Below are positions 58,315 through 64,000 of a DNA stretch of 64,000 nt, piece by piece. The notes beneath the pieces were generated by a model. That model was not told where the DNA came from. It made no database searches and saw only the letters and a list, made by a program, of their open reading frames with translations. How positions within the stretch are numbered: position 1 is the stretch's first letter; the number at the start of each line of letters is the position of its first letter. The DNA is from an uncultured Verrucomicrobiae bacterium (lineage in GTDB: Bacteria; Verrucomicrobiota; Verrucomicrobiia; Limisphaerales; Palsa-1400). Both the position numbers and the translations under genes were made by a program. The stretch lies in contig CAVPOM010000018.1 in assembly GCA_963707025.1 (NCBI GenBank), forward strand, positions 12,507 through 76,506, in the 5' to 3' direction.

Positions 58315-59331
58315 ATGAAATCATCCCGCTGCCAACCGGCGCTTCTTCTCCTCGGTTTGTTTTGCCTGCTCCATTATTCACGGGGCGCCGAAGCCCAAAA
58401 TCCTTTTGTTGGCGGCTGGGCTTTGACACTGCCGGGCGGCTACCCCGGCTGGCTCGGCGTCGAATCGGATGGGAATCAAATCAACGCTGAAATGCTTTGG
58501 CGCTCGGGCAGCGTCTTCAAATTGGATGGAGCGCGTCTCGACGGGGAAAGGCTGGTGCTCACACGGCTGCACCAGGTGGACAGCAAAAAGCCGGACGGCA
58601 CGACTGCCAAAATCAAGCTGGCTGAAACCATCACCGTGACGCGGGACGGCGCATCGCTCCAACTCGTCAGCGTCACGCCCAAGGCCGATGGCAACGGCCA
58701 GGACCGCTCCGAATTCACCGGCAAACGTCTCCCGCCCATGCCGCCCGCGCCCGACTTGAGCAAAGTAAAATTCGGCGAAAGCGTGCCGTTGTTCAACGGC
58801 CACAACCTCGACGGCTGGCGGCTGGTCGAAACCGGCGCGGTCAACGGCTGGAGCGTTCACGATGGACTTCTCTGCAACAACGCGACCCAGCAAGAAGGCC
58901 AGCCGCACAAGAATTACGGAAACCTCCGCACCGTCGCGGAATTTGAGGATTTTATGCTGCACGCTGAAACGCGCGTGCCGAAGAACGGCAACAGCGGCAT
59001 CTATTTGCGGGGCCTCTATGAGGTGCAGGTGTTTGACAGTTTCGGCAAGCCGCTGGACTCGCACAACATGGGGGCCATTTACAGCCGCATCAGGCCGGCG
59101 GTCAACGCCGAGAAGCCTGCCGGCGAATGGCAGACGCTGGACATTACCTACGTAAATCGCCACGTCACCGTGGCGCTCAACGGCGCCAGGATCATAGACA
59201 ACCAGCCCATTGCCGGCCCAACCGGTGGCGCCCTCTGGCCGGAAGTGGACCGGCCCGGCCCGATTTATCTGCAAGGCGACCACACTGGCATCGAATATCG
59301 AAACCTCGTGTTGCGGCCGGTGGTGAATTGA
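58315..59331 (+). CDS. DUF1080 domain protein (3-keto-disaccharide-hydrolase-like) with an N-terminal extra domain
   Basis: Signal peptide MKSSRCQPALLLLGLFCLL. The C-terminal half FNGHNLDGWR...W.V.DG.L...GNLRT..EFEDF.L..E......NSGIYLRG.YEVQV.DS...GAIY...P......P.GEW...DI......V....NG........IYLQ.H...IEYRN is the classic DUF1080 pattern. Confidence 0.8.
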   Translation: MKSSRCQPALLLLGLFCLLHYSRGAEAQNPFVGGWALTLPGGYPGWLGVESDGNQINAEMLWRSGSVFKLDGARLDGERLVLTRLHQVDSKKPDGTTAKIKLAETITVTRDGASLQLVSVTPKADGNGQDRSEFTGKRLPPMPPAPDLSKVKFGESVPLFNGHNLDGWRLVETGAVNGWSVHDGLLCNNATQQEGQPHKNYGNLRTVAEFEDFMLHAETRVPKNGNSGIYLRGLYEVQVFDSFGKPLDSHNMGAIYSRIRPAVNAEKPAGEWQTLDITYVNRHVTVALNGARIIDNQPIAGPTGGALWPEVDRPGPIYLQGDHTGIEYRNLVLRPVVN

Positions 59332-59342
59332 CACCCCGGCCG

Positions 59343-60875
59343 CTATTTTTGAAGGCGGAAAAGACTGTTGCTGGCCGGAGCGATGATGGTTGAGGCCAGG
59401 CCGGTGCCATTGGTGACCGTTGTCAGTGGCGCGGTGAGCCAGGTGATTGGCCCGCTCAGACCGGAAGCTTCGAGTTGATAATCCTGCGCGAATAACGGCC
59501 AGGAAAGCACCGCGTTTCGGCCGGAGGGGGCAATGTTGAGGAGGGGTTGCGGCGCGGCATCATAGGGACCAACCGGGCTGCCCGTGGTCGTGCTCTCCAA
59601 CGCGCCAACGTCCAGGGCCGACGGGCGCGGGCGCCACATTCGATTGGTCGTTTCGTTCAAATAGTATTCCTTGCCAGGCAGGCCATAGACCGACGTGTTG
59701 GCGGCGCCGAGGCACGCGCTGCCGGCGCCCGGATGAAAGTCTTCCTGGGCGGGATTGCCAAAGCCGGGGGAGGCGGACTTCACCGGATTGGTCAGGGGTG
59801 AGGCGGCGGCATTGGACGGTTGCCAATTACTCACGCCCGTGACACTGGCGGCGGCGGCATCTTCGATCAGGGTCGCGACGGTGGTGCCGGAAAGGATATT
59901 GTCGGAAATCTCCGCGCTCATCGCCGTGCCGTCGGCGTTCGAGACGTGGACGAAGGCGGATGATCCACCGTTGCCGGCGAAGGTGTTGTAGAGGGAGACC
60001 AACGACAGGGTCAGGCCGCTCAGACCGGTGTCATTGTAAAGGGCGATGACCTGGGAATGATTTCCGGGAACGGCATTCTGCACGATGACATTGCCGCGCA
60101 AGGTCAACGTTTGTTGGAAAGGACCCGCCCCGCTGAAATCGTCGTCGCTCATCAAATCGCCCTCGTAATTTGCGGCGCGGGCGAACCAATTATATTCCAG
60201 CGTGGCCGCGCGGCAACGCAGATGGAAATTCTGGCCTTGCACACTGTCATGCACGAAACAATAGCGCATGGCGAAATAGCCGCCGTAAATGTAGAGGTTG
60301 TGGGTCGGCGCCGAGGAGGAGGCGTTGGTATTGCCATTGGCGTTGAATTCGCAGTACTCGACCGTCGCCTGGCTGTCCTGGGTGCCGCCAGTCATCCCGT
60401 TGTCGTTCAAGGTGAAGACGCAATCCTTGATGTAGAGATTGCTCGTCGCCTCATAATAGCGGATGGCGCCGCAGTTCGCCGCCGCGTTGCGGCAATGGCG
60501 GAACACGATCCCCGAGATGTTGTAATTCCGCGCCCCGCTGAACTGCCAGGCGCCCCGCGCCCGGTCCCCGGCCGTGTAGTCGCCCGGCGCGTCATCCACC
60601 AGGGTCGTCCCAAAATCCCATACCGGCGGGTTGGCCGGGTCCTGCGCTTGAATCACGATCGGTTTGGCGGCGGTCGCCTGCTTCGTCAAATAGACGCGAA
60701 ACGCATAGGTCCCGGGCGCAATGAGGACCTGGTCGCCGGGCTGGGCGCCTTCGATCTTCGAATAATTGTCACCCGGCCCGACCATGATGACCGACGCCTG
60801 GACCGCGCTCCAGCCTCCGACCAGCGCGACGCAGCAGAGCCGCCTCGAAAAACTTCCTGTCCACGATTGAATCAC
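59343..60875 (-). CDS. Secreted right-handed parallel beta-helix repeat protein
   Basis: Signal peptide followed by repeated beta-helix rungs (NISGIVFRHC, YIKDCVFTLN, VEYCEFNAN, RYCFVHDS, LRGNVIVQN). Confidence 0.7.
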   Translation of the reverse strand: MIQSWTGSFSRRLCCVALVGGWSAVQASVIMVGPGDNYSKIEGAQPGDQVLIAPGTYAFRVYLTKQATAAKPIVIQAQDPANPPVWDFGTTLVDDAPGDYTAGDRARGAWQFSGARNYNISGIVFRHCRNAAANCGAIRYYEATSNLYIKDCVFTLNDNGMTGGTQDSQATVEYCEFNANGNTNASSSAPTHNLYIYGGYFAMRYCFVHDSVQGQNFHLRCRAATLEYNWFARAANYEGDLMSDDDFSGAGPFQQTLTLRGNVIVQNAVPGNHSQVIALYNDTGLSGLTLSLVSLYNTFAGNGGSSAFVHVSNADGTAMSAEISDNILSGTTVATLIEDAAAASVTGVSNWQPSNAAASPLTNPVKSASPGFGNPAQEDFHPGAGSACLGAANTSVYGLPGKEYYLNETTNRMWRPRPSALDVGALESTTTGSPVGPYDAAPQPLLNIAPSGRNAVLSWPLFAQDYQLEASGLSGPITWLTAPLTTVTNGTGLASTIIAPASNSLFRLQK

Positions 60876-61165
60876 GCCGGAAGTTTAATCGCCTCGCGCC
60901 CCGCCGTCAGGGATTATTTGGCCGCCGCGTTCGCCTCCGGGCGGCCGCGGAGGGGCGGATGCGCTTTTCCCAGGGCGGCGCTCGCCTGGCAAACCGGAGA
61001 AACTAGCCGCTTGAAATCACGGCTCGCCTTTGGCAGCATCGGATTATGATGAGTGGGAACAAAGGTTATTCTTCCTCCCCGCGCAGCGCGCAGCACCTGC
61101 GGAGCCGCAACAGCACTTGCTTGGAAGATCAAAAACCGAATTCCCATCCCTTCGCTTAAACCGAT

Positions 61166-62584
61166 ATGAAGACCACGACCCCCAAGACCCGCATCACCCG
61201 CCGGCGATTTCTGCGCGGCGCGGCGCTTTCCACGGCCGCCTTCACCTTTGTGCCCGGCGCTTTCCCCGGCCTGGGCGGGGCTGCGGCCCCTGGGGAGAAG
61301 CTCAACCTGGCCGGCATCGGCATCGGCGGCCAGGGGGCCGTGGATCTCGACCTGCTGAAGAGCGAGAACATCGTGGCGTTGTGCGATGTTGACCGGGACT
61401 ACGCGGCCAAGACGTTCAAACAATACCCGGACGCGCGTCAATTCACCGACTATCGGCAAATGCTCGATCAAGTCAAAGAGATTGACGGGGTGGTCATCGC
61501 CACGCCCGACCATCACCACGCTTTCGCCGCGATGGAAGCCATCCGGCGCGGCAAGCATGTCTATTGTGAGAAGCCGCTGACCCACTCGGTGTTTGAAGCG
61601 CGCCATCTGGCCGAGGCGGCCCGGGCGGCCAAAGTAGCCACGCAGATGGGCAATGGCGGCCAGGCTTCCAAGGAGACGCGTCGTCTTTGCGAGTACGTGT
61701 GGGCGAGCGCCATCGGCGACGTGCGGGAAGTTCACATCTGGACCGATCGCCCTTCCAATGGGCTGTTCGCCGAGTACCGGCCCCAAGGGGTGGCTCGCCC
61801 CCAGGACGCGCCGCCGGTGCCCGCCACGCTGGACTGGGATCTGTGGCTCGGGCCGGCGCTGGCGCGCCCCTTCCATCCAGCCTATCTGCCGTTCAAATGG
61901 CGCGGCTGGTGGGATTTTGGCACCGGGGCCTTGGGGGATATTGGCTGCCATACGATGGACTCGGTGTTCCGCGCGCTCAAACTCGGCGCGCCGCTCACCG
62001 TGCAAGCTTCCTCCACGCGCGTCAACGAAGAGACTTTCCCGCTCAGCTCGATTGTCACCTACCAATTCCCGGCCCGCTCCGCCGAGCCTCAAGCCATCAA
62101 CTGCCACGTCGCCGGACTGAGCGGCGCGGCCGCCGGCGCGGTCGCCATGCCGGCCTGCAAGCTGGTTTGGTATGATGGCGGCCTGCGCCCGGCGCGGCCG
62201 GAGGGCCTGCCCGACGGCAAACAGATGGGCGCCAACGGACGCCTGCTCGTCGGCGACAAGGGGTTTATCTTGAACAACTCGGTTTATCCCGAGGCCTGCG
62301 CCAAGGCCGTCGCCAATTTGCCGGAGTCCATTCCCCCTTCGCCAGGGCACCATCGCGAATGGGTCGAGGCCTGCAAAGGCGGCAAACCGGCCGGCTCCAA
62401 CTTCGATTGGGCGGGGCCGCTGGCCGAGTCTGTGCTGGCCGGCAACGTCGCCTTGCGCGTGCAACTTCGCGAAGAGCTGACCTTGCGCAGGTTGAATTGG
62501 GATTCCGCCGCGCTGCGCTTCACCAACCTCGATGACGCCAACAAGTTCGTCCGCCGGGAGTACCGCCCCGGCTGGACCTTGTAA
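61166..62584 (+). CDS. Gfo/Idh/MocA-family oxidoreductase with TAT signal
   Basis: MKTTTPKTRITRRRFLRGAALSTAAF is a TAT signal. Rossmann motif LNLAGIGIGGQGAVD, then EKPLTHS. Confidence 0.85.
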   Translation: MKTTTPKTRITRRRFLRGAALSTAAFTFVPGAFPGLGGAAAPGEKLNLAGIGIGGQGAVDLDLLKSENIVALCDVDRDYAAKTFKQYPDARQFTDYRQMLDQVKEIDGVVIATPDHHHAFAAMEAIRRGKHVYCEKPLTHSVFEARHLAEAARAAKVATQMGNGGQASKETRRLCEYVWASAIGDVREVHIWTDRPSNGLFAEYRPQGVARPQDAPPVPATLDWDLWLGPALARPFHPAYLPFKWRGWWDFGTGALGDIGCHTMDSVFRALKLGAPLTVQASSTRVNEETFPLSSIVTYQFPARSAEPQAINCHVAGLSGAAAGAVAMPACKLVWYDGGLRPARPEGLPDGKQMGANGRLLVGDKGFILNNSVYPEACAKAVANLPESIPPSPGHHREWVEACKGGKPAGSNFDWAGPLAESVLAGNVALRVQLREELTLRRLNWDSAALRFTNLDDANKFVRREYRPGWTL

Positions 62585-62720
62585 AACGCCCGGTTGCTGG
62601 TCACCGGAGCAGACAGCAGGTTGATCGGTAACACAGCCGCTTTTGGAGAGCGGAGGCACCCTAAGTCTGACTTCCCATCTCACAGGCGGCTGGCTCTCCC
62701 CAGCCGCCTTTTTGTCCCAT

Positions 62721-63557
62721 TCAACGCGCACTGCTCATGGCACGGTTTTCGATTGTTCCCGCAACCGGCGAATTTTTACGCAGTCCCCGCCGGGCCAGCA
62801 AAACCATGGTCACAACCAAAACGACATTGACCCATCCCGTAAAGAACATCCATCTTCCCAAATCCAACATTGTAAAATATTGGTCTGCAAGGAACGCCCC
62901 AAGAGCGGGTAGAATTGTTAGAATGAAGACCAACACGACCAAACTCAGTGTGGTGCGGATTGGCTTGGTGCGTACAAGGATCTCAAAGCCCGCAACAACA
63001 AATGCAGCGAAACCGCGCCAACGACCCGTGGTCAAACGCCAAATTACGAGCAAAGCCAATACCATGACCAATAAAAACACCATCGCATAACCACCCATCC
63101 AATCAAAAAGCGAATAGTGCAGTGGCAGCAATTGCGATGACAGCATGGGCCTTGGAGTGGATGGAACCGCATAACCACACAGGCAATCAAAAAGCGTATA
63201 GCGGCGCGGCGCGGACACTGGGAAAATCCACCCGAAAAAGTCAGCCCATGAACGGATTCCCCGCATGAGGAACAGGCCTGCGACGGCACAAAATAAAAAT
63301 CCCGGCAACGACAAATTCAGGGCCGGGTTCACCTTGGCAAATTCCTGTTCCAGCGCACGGCGCTCTCCAAGCCGCCGCGTGGCGATTTGAAACGCCGCCT
63401 CCTCCGAAAGCCCAGTGGCCTTCAGTCTCTGGACAGAGGCGCGCAAGTGCGAAGCCAGTTCCTCCAGATTATCTGCGCCAAAAGAGGGTGAGGCGCTGAA
63501 CTTTTGCTGCCAGCGACGAATCGCTTCGTTTAAGTCAAACGGGGTTTGGTTTTCCAT
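62721..63557 (-). CDS. Membrane protein with a permease-prefix-type N-terminal domain (PadR-associated)
   Basis: The ATG at 63557 gives MENQTPFDLNEAIRRWQQKFSASPSFGADNLEELASHLRASVQRLKATGLSEEAAFQIATRRLG, followed by several TM segments. It overlaps the padR-type gene by 28 nt. Confidence 0.6.
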   Translation of the reverse strand: MENQTPFDLNEAIRRWQQKFSASPSFGADNLEELASHLRASVQRLKATGLSEEAAFQIATRRLGERRALEQEFAKVNPALNLSLPGFLFCAVAGLFLMRGIRSWADFFGWIFPVSAPRRYTLFDCLCGYAVPSTPRPMLSSQLLPLHYSLFDWMGGYAMVFLLVMVLALLVIWRLTTGRWRGFAAFVVAGFEILVRTKPIRTTLSLVVLVFILTILPALGAFLADQYFTMLDLGRWMFFTGWVNVVLVVTMVLLARRGLRKNSPVAGTIENRAMSSAR

Positions 63558-63868
63558 AATTTTGTGAGCAGATTGTGGACGGTCATCCATTGTTCTTTTT
63601 CCGTGTGCAGTGCCTTTTGGCCCTTCTGCCGCAGGCGGTAATACTTGCGCCGATGCCCGCTTTCCGCCTCGCGCCATTCCGATTCGATCAAATCCTCCTT
63701 CTCCATCCAATGCAACACCGGGTAAAGCATGCCCTCACTCCATTGCACCTCGCCCCCGGATAATTCGGTCACACGCTGGATGAGCGCGTAACCGTAATTC
63801 TCCCCCTCGCCCAAGATCGAAAGCACCAGGGTGGTGGTGGAGGCGGCGACCAGTTCTTTTGAAAGCAT
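63530..63868 (-). CDS. PadR-family transcriptional regulator
   Basis: LVLSILGEGENYGYALIQRVTELSGGEVQWSEGMLYPVLHWMEKEDLIESEWREAESGHRRKYYRLRQKG. Confidence 0.85.
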   Translation of the reverse strand: MLSKELVAASTTTLVLSILGEGENYGYALIQRVTELSGGEVQWSEGMLYPVLHWMEKEDLIESEWREAESGHRRKYYRLRQKGQKALHTEKEQWMTVHNLLTKLWKTKPRLT

Positions 63869-64000
63869 GATGGCAAGTTACATAACATTGTTAGGCATGT
63901 CAAGGGTCAATCGTAAAAAATCGGTAGTCGCCAACCCGCTCCGTCCACACTCGTTATTTGTGAACAAAAAGGCCCGGTCCATGGTCAACCGCCTGATTTG

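Overview
GC-rich 64 kb chromosomal window. The gene content points to the PVC superphylum, probably Verrucomicrobiota: DUF1501/DUF1800 pair, TIGR03067 lipoprotein, TAT-signal Gfo/Idh/MocA oxidoreductases, DUF1080, and pervasive 4-nt ATGA/GTGA gene overlaps. All family calls come from reading the translations and recalling family motifs; no search was run.

Main blocks, in order:
- 1-7.4 kb, minus strand: peptide ABC permease fragment, DUF4160/DUF2442 pair, then an operon of secreted TPR protein, histidine kinase, OmpR-type regulator and NatAB-like ABC exporter.
- 7.8-10.7 kb: a triple-repeat membrane protein, hicBA, and an AT-richer islet holding a decayed gene.
- 10.9-15 kb: polyprenyl synthase, ECF sigma factor and putative anti-sigma factor.
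- 15-21.5 kb: an intact DUF1501 gene next to a roughly 5 kb DUF1800/PA14 giant gene broken by about 8-9 frame changes, with an IS630-family element 64 bp upstream of its start.
- 22.8-29.8 kb: housekeeping hydrolases (Ste24/M48, SGNH, Xaa-Pro aminopeptidase).
- 30.0-41.6 kb: a complete alternative complex III operon (actABCDEF), followed by a small membrane protein, a CcoN-like protein that has lost 5 of the 6 canonical metal-ligand histidines, an intact CcoO-like monoheme subunit, and a membrane cytochrome c.
- 41.6-64 kb: M20 and M13 peptidases, HDOD response regulator, HAD hydrolase, KDPG aldolase, HemQ-like protein, DHH phosphoesterase, an AT-richer ABC-type ATPase + DUF4276 two-gene module (candidate defence system, ATPase interrupted by an in-frame TAG), DAHP synthase, DUF1080, a beta-helix protein, and a PadR pair.

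The most unusual non-genic signal is a family of intergenic hexamer-repeat elements, (YTAATC)n and its complement (GATTAR)n. There are nine loci between 24 and 54 kb, mostly as inverted pairs, and three lie inside the ACIII operon. One 28-nt stretch is identical at two loci 15 kb apart.

Other points:
- GC-rich REP-like palindromes recur in intergenic DNA.
- A set of phased CCGTTACA direct repeats sits upstream of the two-component operon.
- Many genes carry single frame disruptions, so assembly indel errors cannot be separated from real pseudogenisation using sequence alone.
- No rRNA, tRNA or CRISPR array was recognised.
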